Source: Mucilaginibacter sp.
GTDB lineage: Bacteria; Bacteroidota; Bacteroidia; Sphingobacteriales; Sphingobacteriaceae
Assembly: GCA_039935595.1 (NCBI GenBank)
Contig: JBDTJZ010000216.1
Reading direction: 5' to 3' (one strand)
DNA: 59,181 nt
Position numbers and translations under genes: made by a program. The notes below the pieces were generated by a model. That model made no database searches. It was given only the letters and a program-made list of their open reading frames with translations, and was not told where the DNA came from. Positions 47,296 through 56,905 of this stretch are shown one piece after another; the stretch's first letter is position 1, and each line of letters starts with the position of its first letter.

Positions 47296-47562
47296 TTAAG
47301 CCTTATTATTATGCTTTAATGATATTTTAAATCTTTGATAAATATTTTCATAGGCTTCGTCTTCATTATAAAATATATCTTCATTCCACCTGTTGCCTCT
47401 TTCTTGTTCAAACACGCGCCATTCTTCATATTTTTTATTATCGCCATAATAATTGAAGTTACGTTCCATATTTGTTCCTTCAATAATTCTATCGTCCAAA
47501 GAATACCATGTTGGTTTAACGCCTAAGGTGTCAAGTTTTTCAATCAACTCTTGTTTTGTCAT
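47296..47562 (-). CDS. Small AT-rich protein, possible orphan toxin-immunity protein
   Basis: 88 aa with YSL...WRVF..ERG...F..EDEA pattern. Confidence 0.55.
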   Translation of the reverse strand: MTKQELIEKLDTLGVKPTWYSLDDRIIEGTNMERNFNYYGDNKKYEEWRVFEQERGNRWNEDIFYNEDEAYENIYQRFKISLKHNNKA

Positions 47563-47684
47563 ATAAATTCCAAACTTACTATAAAGTTATATTTTTTAGT
47601 TTTATCTATTTAAAAAATCACCCAAATCTCACCTTTACACCTTAACCTTTAACCTTTCCCCTCAAAACCGTACCTTTGCCGCCT

Positions 47685-48308
47685 ATGGCACACCAGGTTC
47701 CGGAAGATGGCACATTGCTTCCTTTAATGGAAGAGTTTTATACGATACAGGGCGAGGGATTTAATACCGGTAAGGCGGCTTATTTTATTCGCCTGGGCGG
47801 CTGCGATGTGGGCTGCCATTGGTGCGATGTTAAAGAAAGCTGGGATGCCGAAATACACCCGCTTACCCCCGCCGACCGGATAGTTGCAAATGCCTTACCA
47901 CACCCCGGCAAAGCCGTAGTAGTAACCGGCGGCGAACCTTTAATTTATAATTTAGATTACCTGACCACCCAGCTACAGCAACAAGGCATTAAAACATTTA
48001 TTGAAACATCGGGCGCTTACCCGCTATCGGGGCATTGGGACTGGATATGCCTGTCGCCCAAAAAGTTTAAGGCACCCATGTTGAGTGTGGCCGAAAAGGC
48101 TGACGAGTTAAAGGTGATCGTTTTTAATAAGTCCGACTTTCAGTTTGCCGAAGAAAACGCCAAACTGGTAACTGCAAACTGCAAACTATATTTACAGCCC
48201 GAATGGTCAAAGTCAAAAGAAATGACGCCGCTTATTATTGATTATGTGATGAACAACCCTAAATGGGAAATCTCCTTACAAACGCATAAGTATTTAAATA
48301 TCCCCTGA
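47685..48308 (+). CDS. queE: 7-carboxy-7-deazaguanine synthase
   Basis: FYTIQGEG, GCDVGCHWCD, TGGEP and SLQTHK motifs; ATG at 47685 after tacctttg. Confidence 0.94.
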   Translation: MAHQVPEDGTLLPLMEEFYTIQGEGFNTGKAAYFIRLGGCDVGCHWCDVKESWDAEIHPLTPADRIVANALPHPGKAVVVTGGEPLIYNLDYLTTQLQQQGIKTFIETSGAYPLSGHWDWICLSPKKFKAPMLSVAEKADELKVIVFNKSDFQFAEENAKLVTANCKLYLQPEWSKSKEMTPLIIDYVMNNPKWEISLQTHKYLNIP

Positions 48309-48348
48309 TTTTTGTAACTTAGGATATATACCCTACGTACCATACGGA

Positions 48349-50247
48349 ATGAGCAGGTTAACTTTCCTCGTTTTATTATTGGTGTTATCTATTACCGGCT
48401 TTGCGCAGGCACCCTACAGCACTACGGATAAAGACGCGTTAAAATATTTTAGCGATGCCAACCGCGCCATTGACGATCATGTATATGAGGAGGCCATCCA
48501 ACTGCTGCAAAAAGCAATAGCGACCGATGGCAAGTTTATTGAAGCCTATGCCCAGTTGGCCGACGTTTACCGGTTAAGAAAATACAATACCCAAGCCATT
48601 GCAACTTATAAAAAGGTTATAGCATTAGATGCCGATTTTAACCGGGGTGTTTACGTTAAACTGGGCGAAACAGAACTTAATGAAGGTAAGTATACCGATG
48701 CTTTGCAACATCTGGAAAAATACCTGACCTACCCCAACATCAACGCGGCAAACACAGCCGCGGCAAATAAAATGATAACCGATTGTAAGTTTAGCATCAA
48801 TGCCATGCAACACCCGGTTAGCTTTACTCCGGTAAATATAGGCCCTGAAATTAATACCGCCGACGATGAGTATTCGCCCATTGCTACTGCTGATGAAAAG
48901 ACCCTGATTTTTACCCGCCAGATAAACGGTAACGAAGATTTTTATCAATCAATCCGTCAGGATAATAAATGGCAAAAAGCCACCTATTTAAGCGACAAAA
49001 TAAATACACCCACCAATAACGAAGGGGCGCAATCCATATCGCAGGATGGCAAGTACCTGTTTTTTACAGGTTGTAACCGTCCGGATGGCTTGGGCAGGTG
49101 CGATATCTACATCTCGCAAAAAAAAGGCGATGAATGGGGCAAACCGTTTGATTTGAGTCCGCCGGTAAATACTTCGGGTTGGGAATCGCAGCCATCTATT
49201 AGTGCCGATGGGCGCACGCTGTATTTTGTAAGCAACCGCAAAGGTGGTTATGGCGGTTATGATATCTGGAAATCAAAACTTACCGATAAAGGCTGGGGAG
49301 AGCCGGAAAACCTGGGACCAAACATTAATACGGCTTTTAACGAGCAGTCGCCATATATCCATGCGGATGACAGTACGCTGTACTTTTGCTCAAACGGTTG
49401 GCCGGGCATGGGTAACCAGGATTTGTTTGTGAGCCGTTTAGGTACCGATGGCAAATGGCAGAAGCCGGAAAACCTGGGCTATCCCATTAATACAAACCGC
49501 GACGAGAACGCGCTTACTTTAACAGCAGATGGGATGACAGCGTTTTTCTCGTCAAACAGTTTAAAAGGTTTTGGCGGTTTTGACATTTACACCTTTGAAA
49601 TGCCGGTAAAACTACGCCCTCATGTAGTAACTTATGTAAAAGGCACCGTAGCTGATGCCAAAACCAAACAACCGCTTGAATCGGCGGTTGAGATACTGGA
49701 CCTGCAAAACAACCAACCGGTTTACCAGAATTATAGCTCGCCGGAACAAGGGGACTTTTTGGCGACACTTACAGCCGGTAAAAACTACGGCCTCAATATT
49801 TCAAAAACGGGTTATTTGTTTTATTCAGAGAACTTCTCGCTCGTAGGTCATCAGCCAAACAACCCATTTAACATTGCCATATTGTTAGAACCTATTGAGA
49901 TAGGCAATAAAGTAATATTAAAAAACATATTTTTTGATACCAATAAGTTCGACCTGAAGCCCGAGTCAATGGCGGAGTTGCAAAAGCTGATCGAATTTTT
50001 GCAGGTAAACCCAACTATCCATATTGAAATATCCGGCCATACCGATAATGTGGGTAACGACCAGTTGAACCAAACGTTATCACAAAACCGGGCAAAAGCA
50101 GTATTCGGATATCTTGTTAATAACCAAGTTGATGCCGCCAGACTGGTATTTAAAGGTTATGGCAAAACCCAACCCATAGCGCCGAACGACAACGACGATA
50201 ACCGCGCCAAAAACCGCAGAACAGAGTTTAAAATAACCGCTAAATAG
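48349..50247 (+). CDS. TPR-PD40-OmpA protein (PorE-like architecture)
   Basis: TPRs, repeated NLGxxINT/PSISADG units, IFFDTNK, GHTDNVG, LSQNRA and KNRRTEF. Confidence 0.9.
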   Translation: MSRLTFLVLLLVLSITGFAQAPYSTTDKDALKYFSDANRAIDDHVYEEAIQLLQKAIATDGKFIEAYAQLADVYRLRKYNTQAIATYKKVIALDADFNRGVYVKLGETELNEGKYTDALQHLEKYLTYPNINAANTAAANKMITDCKFSINAMQHPVSFTPVNIGPEINTADDEYSPIATADEKTLIFTRQINGNEDFYQSIRQDNKWQKATYLSDKINTPTNNEGAQSISQDGKYLFFTGCNRPDGLGRCDIYISQKKGDEWGKPFDLSPPVNTSGWESQPSISADGRTLYFVSNRKGGYGGYDIWKSKLTDKGWGEPENLGPNINTAFNEQSPYIHADDSTLYFCSNGWPGMGNQDLFVSRLGTDGKWQKPENLGYPINTNRDENALTLTADGMTAFFSSNSLKGFGGFDIYTFEMPVKLRPHVVTYVKGTVADAKTKQPLESAVEILDLQNNQPVYQNYSSPEQGDFLATLTAGKNYGLNISKTGYLFYSENFSLVGHQPNNPFNIAILLEPIEIGNKVILKNIFFDTNKFDLKPESMAELQKLIEFLQVNPTIHIEISGHTDNVGNDQLNQTLSQNRAKAVFGYLVNNQVDAARLVFKGYGKTQPIAPNDNDDNRAKNRRTEFKITAK

Positions 50248-50370
50248 GCGGAAAGGTTAAAGCTGAAAGCAGAAAGCTAAAGATTTGACAGGTAAGATAT
50301 TTGGTTTTGCAGCTTATTGCTTTCTGCTTTTCGCTTTCAGCTTTCGGCTTTTACCTTTATGCTTTCCGCT
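50248..50370. repeat. Inverted short-period (7-nt) tandem repeat, gaaagct/gctttc type
   Basis: gcggaaaggttaaagctgaaagcagaaagc versus gctttctgcttttcgctttcagctttcggcttttacc. Confidence 0.8.
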
Positions 50371-50377
50371 CTAAATC

Positions 50378-52807
50378 CTACTTGGCTTTAACTACATTAA
50401 AGGTTTTCTCGCCATAAACCACATCATTGCTGGTTATACCTTGTACAATTATTTTAAACCTGCCGGTGATATCGCTGGTATAAAATGAAAATTCGGCATC
50501 GCCGGTTGATTTGATCTGCGAAAGATGGTTCCAATAAATAGTCGAAACATAATCAGGTTGTGAGGGGTTTAATTGCGAATAATCAGCCGGATAAAACTCA
50601 ACAGAATTATAGATACCTTTAAACATTACCCTGTAACTTGTATTTGGTGGCAATTTTATCGGACAATCTGTTATGTAAACATTATCGCGTTCGTTTCGAT
50701 GATTTGGACAATTTAATATGCCGTATCTGCATATATAATCGCCGCACTTAGCATTTACATAAAGCTTTCCGACACCAAAAAACTGGTCGTCTTTCTTATC
50801 AATAATTTTAACTTCATTTAATTTAATAGACCGTTGAAAACCATCAAGCTGAGCATTAGCTGTGTTTTGCTGGGCCGTTGTGTTATAGTCTTTATAGGTT
50901 AGCCAATCCAGTATTTTGGGGTCAATTAAACTATATGGATCGACTATCTGCACTTTATAACTATCAGGGTTATCGCCCCCAACCATGGCTAATAATTTTT
51001 TTTCGGGTTCGGTTACCAGGTCATTATTATCAAAAATAATATTCCCTGTGCTATCAGTTTCAACCTGTGTAACACCTGCCCCGTTCATTAACATAACTTG
51101 TACCGGTTTTTTTAAAGGTTTATTATTAACTGTGCTAACCAGTCCACTAAAAACAGGCGTTGTAAACTGGCGAACCGTATCTGCTTCTTTTACCTTCAGC
51201 ACATCCGTCCATTTATATCTCGACCATCCCTTTATCAATAAAACGTCCTCTAAAAAACCCTTATCGGCCTCCTCATTGCCTAAATAATTGTCTTTTAGGG
51301 GTAGTTCGCCCAATTCGTTTTTTAAATAGAAATAGCTTTCAATATCGCTCTTCTTTTTTGCTTCCACACGGTTATCCTGCACACAGGCAATGGATACCAG
51401 CGCCATAGCCGAAGTATCAGCAGCGGGCTTATTGAGCCTTATTTTAACATTAACCTTTTGTCGTGTAGTATACTCGGGCAAGCCTGTATTAATTTGCAAC
51501 GTTTCGCGCCGGTTATAATGTGCAAAAAATGTACGTTGCAAAAAGGGTCTGCCCAGGCTGTCGGTAATCGTTAGCTGGGTAATACCCTTGGGTACATCAA
51601 CCAAAAGTACTTTTACACGTTTATTGGCCCCTGTCATTAGTATGGGCATTGCTGCAAACAGTTGCTTGTAATTATGCACCAGCAATAACAGCTTTTCGGG
51701 CTTATTATCAAACAGCATAACAGACAATGTATCATTTGCCAACGCATGTTGTGTGGTTAAAGACGGCCCCACCGATAATACTACAGGCAATTCATACTGC
51801 TTTTCGGCATTAAATAATTTAACATAATACCGGGTGCCGGCCCGGGGAGTTATTAAAAATTTACCCATGCCGTAACCATTTGTTTCAATGGTATCAACGG
51901 GTTTATCGTTTTGGTAAAGCACAGCGGTTGCTTTAATGGGACTACCATTTGCCGCCTTAGTTTCCCAGCCAACATGGGTTTGTAAATTGTTTACCAGGTT
52001 ACCGCCTTCTGGATAAAAGTTTACCACATCAGGCTGTTTGGCAACCGGCAGCACCATGCTTACTTCTTTTTCCTCTTTATTATATTGAATATTGACATAG
52101 AGTTTATTATTACCCTCGCTCAAAATTTTTGACGGGATGTTAAAAATATACTCGCCTATTACACTTGTTTTAACCACGCCCGATAATACATGACTGGCCG
52201 GGCTGCCCACATAATAACTTACCTGTGCATTAGCCAAGGGCTGTATCGATATATTGGCCAATAACCGCACTTTTCTTTCTGCCGAGGTTATTGCGGTATC
52301 AATAGGGCTAAGATAGGCGTTAAACGTTTGCTGTCCGGATGTTTTAATAGTAATTGACTGTTTAAATATAACCCAGGGCCTGCCTTGCTTCATTACATTA
52401 GTATACGCTACTAATGTGTAATTACCGGCACTGATTGAATCAGGAATAAACATATTGCCAAAAGCCAACCCTTTTTGTATCAAAAATTTATCTTCCAACA
52501 CTACTTTACGGCTATCATCCTTTACCAGGTTAACCAACAATACTGTATGATCATTTTCTCTTTTTGGGTTGATCAAATAAGCGGTAAACCAAACATTCTC
52601 ATTATTGGAGTATACGGTTTTATCAAAATGAACAAACATGGCCGGTATTTGCTGTTTTATGCCATACAGTTCGACATGAGTTTTTGAGCTATCAATATAT
52701 GCGGACGCTGTTTGCGAAAAACAATTGCCCGCGTATAGGCACCCCAAACAAAAAAAAGCAACCATTTTAAAATAGCTGCTTTTATATGTTTTTAATATTG
52801 AAGGCAT
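50378..52807 (-). CDS. Large secreted hypothetical protein (MG2-like Bacteroidota family)
   Basis: VHFDKTVY...VWFTAY, FYPEGGNLV and TIYWN...FYTSDITG...VQG motifs. Confidence 0.75.
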   Translation of the reverse strand: MPSILKTYKSSYFKMVAFFCLGCLYAGNCFSQTASAYIDSSKTHVELYGIKQQIPAMFVHFDKTVYSNNENVWFTAYLINPKRENDHTVLLVNLVKDDSRKVVLEDKFLIQKGLAFGNMFIPDSISAGNYTLVAYTNVMKQGRPWVIFKQSITIKTSGQQTFNAYLSPIDTAITSAERKVRLLANISIQPLANAQVSYYVGSPASHVLSGVVKTSVIGEYIFNIPSKILSEGNNKLYVNIQYNKEEKEVSMVLPVAKQPDVVNFYPEGGNLVNNLQTHVGWETKAANGSPIKATAVLYQNDKPVDTIETNGYGMGKFLITPRAGTRYYVKLFNAEKQYELPVVLSVGPSLTTQHALANDTLSVMLFDNKPEKLLLLVHNYKQLFAAMPILMTGANKRVKVLLVDVPKGITQLTITDSLGRPFLQRTFFAHYNRRETLQINTGLPEYTTRQKVNVKIRLNKPAADTSAMALVSIACVQDNRVEAKKKSDIESYFYLKNELGELPLKDNYLGNEEADKGFLEDVLLIKGWSRYKWTDVLKVKEADTVRQFTTPVFSGLVSTVNNKPLKKPVQVMLMNGAGVTQVETDSTGNIIFDNNDLVTEPEKKLLAMVGGDNPDSYKVQIVDPYSLIDPKILDWLTYKDYNTTAQQNTANAQLDGFQRSIKLNEVKIIDKKDDQFFGVGKLYVNAKCGDYICRYGILNCPNHRNERDNVYITDCPIKLPPNTSYRVMFKGIYNSVEFYPADYSQLNPSQPDYVSTIYWNHLSQIKSTGDAEFSFYTSDITGRFKIIVQGITSNDVVYGEKTFNVVKAK

Positions 52808-52846
52808 TAGTTTCAGGTTTGAATAACTAAGGTCTTCTTTTTTAAT

Positions 52847-55042
52847 CTAATTTCCTAATTCAGACATAAACTTTATCCGCATCAGTTGTATTTCTTCGCG
52901 GGTATAATCATCGCTGCCTAATTCAACCAATGCATCGTCTATAGAGTCTATCTCGGCGGTGCGGAAATAATCAAATACTTCATCTTGTTTATCCTCGTCA
53001 ATAACCTCATCAATATAATAGTTAAGGTTAAGCTTGGTGCCCGAGTTTACTATAGTTTCTACCTCTTTTAAAACTTCTTCGTAGGTTAAGCCTTTTGAAG
53101 CGGCAATGTCGTCCAGGTTTAAATGGCGGTCAATATTCTGGATAATGAATACTTTAAGCGCCGATTTATTGGCCGCGCTCTTGATCACCATATCAACGGG
53201 GCGGTCAATATCATTGTCCTCCACATATTTTTTGATAAGATCAATAAACTGAGCACCAAATTTTTGCGCCTTGCCAGCTCCCACACCCGAAATTTGCTTT
53301 AGCTCATCCTGTGTTATTGGGTAATGCGTACACATTTCTTCGAGTGATGGATCCTGAAACAATACAAACGGCGGCAAACCTTTTTGCTTGGCCATTTTTT
53401 TGCGCAGGTCCTTCAGCATTTGCAGCAGTTCGGTATCTAACGCGCCGCCACCTTGTTTAGGGCCATCCTCGCTATCGTCATCATCAGCAGCCTCAATAAC
53501 CCGGTTCATAATAAACCGGATGCTATGCGGGTTATCTAAAAAGGCGTTACCGCTTTTGGTTAAGCGCAATAAACCGTACTGGTCAATATCTTTTGAAAGA
53601 TAATTGTTTAACAATGCCTGCCTTAACAACGAGTTCCATAAAATAGCCCCTTGCTCCTTGCCCGATCCAAACATATCCAGCAAATGATGTTCGTAATTAT
53701 GTATCAGCTGGTTATCCTCGCCCATTAATATGCTGATGATATGGTGATCGTCAAACTTCTCACCTATCTGTTTTATCAAACTAAGGGCTTTATGCAGGTA
53801 TTCCTCGCCGTCAAAATATTGCTTTGGCGAACTGCAGTTATCGCACATGCTGTTACAACCGGCCTCGTTAAAGTTCTCTCCAAAGTAATGCAATAGCTGC
53901 TTACGGCGACAAACCGACGACTCGGCGTAGTCAATTACTTCTTTTAATATCTGCGTACCAATTTCCCTTTCGGCAACCGGCTTATCCTTCATAAACTTTT
54001 GCAGCTTATCAATATCCTTTTGCGAATAAAAAGCTACACATACCCCCTCACCGCCATCGCGCCCGGCGCGTCCGGTTTCCTGGTAATAGCCTTCCATACT
54101 TTTAGGCACATCGTGGTGTATCACATAGCGCACATCAGGTTTATCAATACCCATACCAAAGGCTATGGTGGCTACAATAACATCCACATCTTCCATCAGG
54201 AATTTGTCCTGCGTATCAGCCCTTAGCTTAGGCTCCAAACCGGCATGATAAGGTAAAGCCTTGATGCCATTAAGCGATAAAGCCTCGGCAACCTCTTCTA
54301 CCTTTTTACGGCTAAGGCAATATATAATGCCCGATTTACCCGTGTTTTGTTTAACAAACTTTACAATCTCTTTGATAACATTACGCTTGGCGCGTACCTC
54401 GTAATAAAGGTTTGAACGGTTAAATGACGACTTGTAGATGGTGGCATTATTCATCTGCAGGTTTTTCTGTATATCCTGCTGCACCTTTGGCGTGGCTGTA
54501 GCCGTTAAGGCTATAATAGGTATATTATCGCCTATGTTACTGATAACCTGGCGTATTTTACGGTACTCGGGCCTAAAATCATGGCCCCACTCTGATATAC
54601 AGTGTGCCTCGTCAACCGCTACAAATGATACCTGGTTAAGGCGCAAAAAATCAATGTTTTCCTGCTTGGTCAATGATTCGGGTGCAACGTATAATAATTT
54701 GGTTTTGCCGCCCAGCACATCCTCTTTAACCCTGGCAATATCTGACTTTGTTAATGATGAATTTAAAAAATGCGCAATGCTGTCTGATCCGCCAAATGCC
54801 CTTAACTGGTCAACCTGGTTTTTCATTAAAGCAATTAAAGGCGATATTACAATAGCTGTACCTTCGCTCATTAAAGCCGGCAGCTGGTAGCACATAGATT
54901 TGCCCCCACCGGTAGGCATGATCACGAAAGTGTCATTGCCTGATAATATGTTTGTTATGATCGCTTCTTGCTCGCCTTTGAAATTATCAAATCCAAAAAA
55001 GTTCTGAAGATTATCAAAAAGCGATTTTTGGGCTTCTACCAT
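52847..55042 (-). CDS. recQ: DNA helicase RecQ
   Basis: MPTGGGKSMCYQ, DEAHCISEWGHDFRP, QETGRAGRDG, Zn-binding cysteines and HRDC. Confidence 0.97.
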   Translation of the reverse strand: MVEAQKSLFDNLQNFFGFDNFKGEQEAIITNILSGNDTFVIMPTGGGKSMCYQLPALMSEGTAIVISPLIALMKNQVDQLRAFGGSDSIAHFLNSSLTKSDIARVKEDVLGGKTKLLYVAPESLTKQENIDFLRLNQVSFVAVDEAHCISEWGHDFRPEYRKIRQVISNIGDNIPIIALTATATPKVQQDIQKNLQMNNATIYKSSFNRSNLYYEVRAKRNVIKEIVKFVKQNTGKSGIIYCLSRKKVEEVAEALSLNGIKALPYHAGLEPKLRADTQDKFLMEDVDVIVATIAFGMGIDKPDVRYVIHHDVPKSMEGYYQETGRAGRDGGEGVCVAFYSQKDIDKLQKFMKDKPVAEREIGTQILKEVIDYAESSVCRRKQLLHYFGENFNEAGCNSMCDNCSSPKQYFDGEEYLHKALSLIKQIGEKFDDHHIISILMGEDNQLIHNYEHHLLDMFGSGKEQGAILWNSLLRQALLNNYLSKDIDQYGLLRLTKSGNAFLDNPHSIRFIMNRVIEAADDDDSEDGPKQGGGALDTELLQMLKDLRKKMAKQKGLPPFVLFQDPSLEEMCTHYPITQDELKQISGVGAGKAQKFGAQFIDLIKKYVEDNDIDRPVDMVIKSAANKSALKVFIIQNIDRHLNLDDIAASKGLTYEEVLKEVETIVNSGTKLNLNYYIDEVIDEDKQDEVFDYFRTAEIDSIDDALVELGSDDYTREEIQLMRIKFMSELGN

Positions 55043-55283
55043 TATGTATTTTTATGCTTATTTTATTAATATAAAAGTTAAAGTAACAAAAATTTATGAA
55101 TTAACGCAGTATTTACATTAAAATTTTACGTAAAAACTATTAATGCCCAAAAAACAATTTGTTTATTTATGCATTTAAACAAAACGCTTGCGCAAGGGCT
55201 TAATTATTTCACACCCTTAGTGTTTATTTATCATATTAAATATACAAATTTGCTGCAAGTATTTTATACATTTTTTCCATCAA

Positions 55284-56372
55284 ATGATGAACAAAAATCA
55301 TTACGCTATTATAATGGCTGGCGGCATCGGAAGCCGCTTTTGGCCCATAAGCCGAACATCTCATCCAAAACAATTTATTGATATACTGGGAACAGGAAAA
55401 ACACTGATACAAAACACTTACGAGCGTTTTTTAAAGGTTTGCCCTAAAGAAAATATATATGTAGTTACCAACGAAAACTACACCAGCCTGGTAAAAACAC
55501 AATTACCAGACATGGCCGACGGACAAATATTAACCGAACCGGTAATGCGCAACACGGCGCCTTGTGTGGCTTATGGCTGTTTTAAAATAGAAAGCATGAA
55601 CCCCGACGCGGCTATTGTTGTGGCACCGTCTGACCATTTGATACTGGATGAGGCCGCATTTGTAGCCACCATTGAAAAATCATTGAAAACAGCTACCGAA
55701 AACAAATGCCTGATAACCCTGGGTATTAAACCATCAAGGCCCGATACTGGCTATGGCTATATACAGTTTACGGATAAAACCATAAACAACGATTTTCATA
55801 AAGTAAAAACCTTTACCGAAAAACCTACGCTGGAGATTGCCAAAACTTTTATTCAAAGCGGCGATTTTTTATGGAACGCGGGGATATTTGTATGGTCAGC
55901 AAAGGCTATTGTTGATGCCTTTAGCGCCTACCTGCCTGATATGTATGAAATTTTTGCAGATGCCCGTGCACATTATAACACCGATACCGAACGTGTGCAT
56001 GTTAACCAGGCCTACCAGCAGTGTACCAATATATCTATTGATTATGGTATTATGGAAAAGGCTGATAATGTGTACGTGTTGCCATCAGAGTTTGGGTGGT
56101 CTGACCTGGGTACCTGGGCATCTATTTACGACCTTGCTGATAAAGATTATGTTGGTAATGCCGTGATACCATCAGAAAAGGTAATTATGTACGACTCGTC
56201 AAACTGTATGGTTAATGTACCTCATGATAAACTGGTGATATTACAGGGCCTGCATGATTTTATTGTGGTAGAATCAAATAACACCTTGCTGATATGCCCA
56301 CGCGACCAGGAGCAAAACGTTAAAAAGGTGGTTGCCGACGTGAAACAAAAGTTTGGAACTAAGTATATTTAA
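55284..56372 (+). CDS. Mannose-1-phosphate guanylyltransferase
   Basis: MAGGIGSRFWP, PKQF, RNTAP, FTEKP, SIDYGIMEK and WSDLGTW motifs. Confidence 0.94.
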   Translation: MMNKNHYAIIMAGGIGSRFWPISRTSHPKQFIDILGTGKTLIQNTYERFLKVCPKENIYVVTNENYTSLVKTQLPDMADGQILTEPVMRNTAPCVAYGCFKIESMNPDAAIVVAPSDHLILDEAAFVATIEKSLKTATENKCLITLGIKPSRPDTGYGYIQFTDKTINNDFHKVKTFTEKPTLEIAKTFIQSGDFLWNAGIFVWSAKAIVDAFSAYLPDMYEIFADARAHYNTDTERVHVNQAYQQCTNISIDYGIMEKADNVYVLPSEFGWSDLGTWASIYDLADKDYVGNAVIPSEKVIMYDSSNCMVNVPHDKLVILQGLHDFIVVESNNTLLICPRDQEQNVKKVVADVKQKFGTKYI

Positions 56373-56397
56373 CCCCCCGGCCCCCTGAAGGGGGAGT
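56373..56397 (+). repeat. Family E C/G-rich palindromic repeat
   Basis: ccccccggccccctgaagggggagt; four more copies downstream. Confidence 0.85.
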
Positions 56398-56420
56398 AAC
56401 TAACATACGCGTCATTGCCT

Positions 56421-56786
56421 TTAGACATTCTCATCATCATACGCCAACCGCATAAATCCCAGCACCTCATTATTAATATCATCAACATGGTAAATCCGTA
56501 AATGGTGGTTGCATTGCTGGTCGCCGGGTACCTGGGCTATTTTTTGGAAACAAAGGTTATCTTCATACCGTTGCTTAAACGGGAAAACCACGTGAATAAA
56601 GTTTTTGCCTAATTGCGTAATATAAGCTACCCGCTTATGCGAGTTAGCTATACCAATCATGGTTTTAGCCGGATGCAGGGTTACCGGGGCCAATTTTTGG
56701 TATTCATCCACAAAATGATGAAACAGCATCAGTGTATGTTCTGATTTGCCGGTTAGAAAACGGGATAGGGTATATTCTTCGCTCAT
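56421..56786 (-). CDS. DUF5655-like hypothetical protein
   Basis: HPAKTMIG and HHLRIYHVDDIN...MRLAY. Confidence 0.65.
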   Translation of the reverse strand: MSEEYTLSRFLTGKSEHTLMLFHHFVDEYQKLAPVTLHPAKTMIGIANSHKRVAYITQLGKNFIHVVFPFKQRYEDNLCFQKIAQVPGDQQCNHHLRIYHVDDINNEVLGFMRLAYDDENV

Positions 56787-56802
56787 AAAATAAACAGCTG
56801 AT

Positions 56803-56890
56803 TGTCATTTCGAACGAGGTACGAGGAGAAATCTTATACGCTCTGCTATAAAGCGCTTATATAAGATTCTCACTTCGTTTCGAAATGACA
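56803..56890. repeat. Family A YGTCAT-tagged doublet (empty copy)
   Basis: tgtcatttcgaacgaggtacgaggagaaatcttata...tataagattctc...tcgaaatgaca. Confidence 0.9.
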
Positions 56891-56905
56891 ATAGAGTATC
56901 AAATT

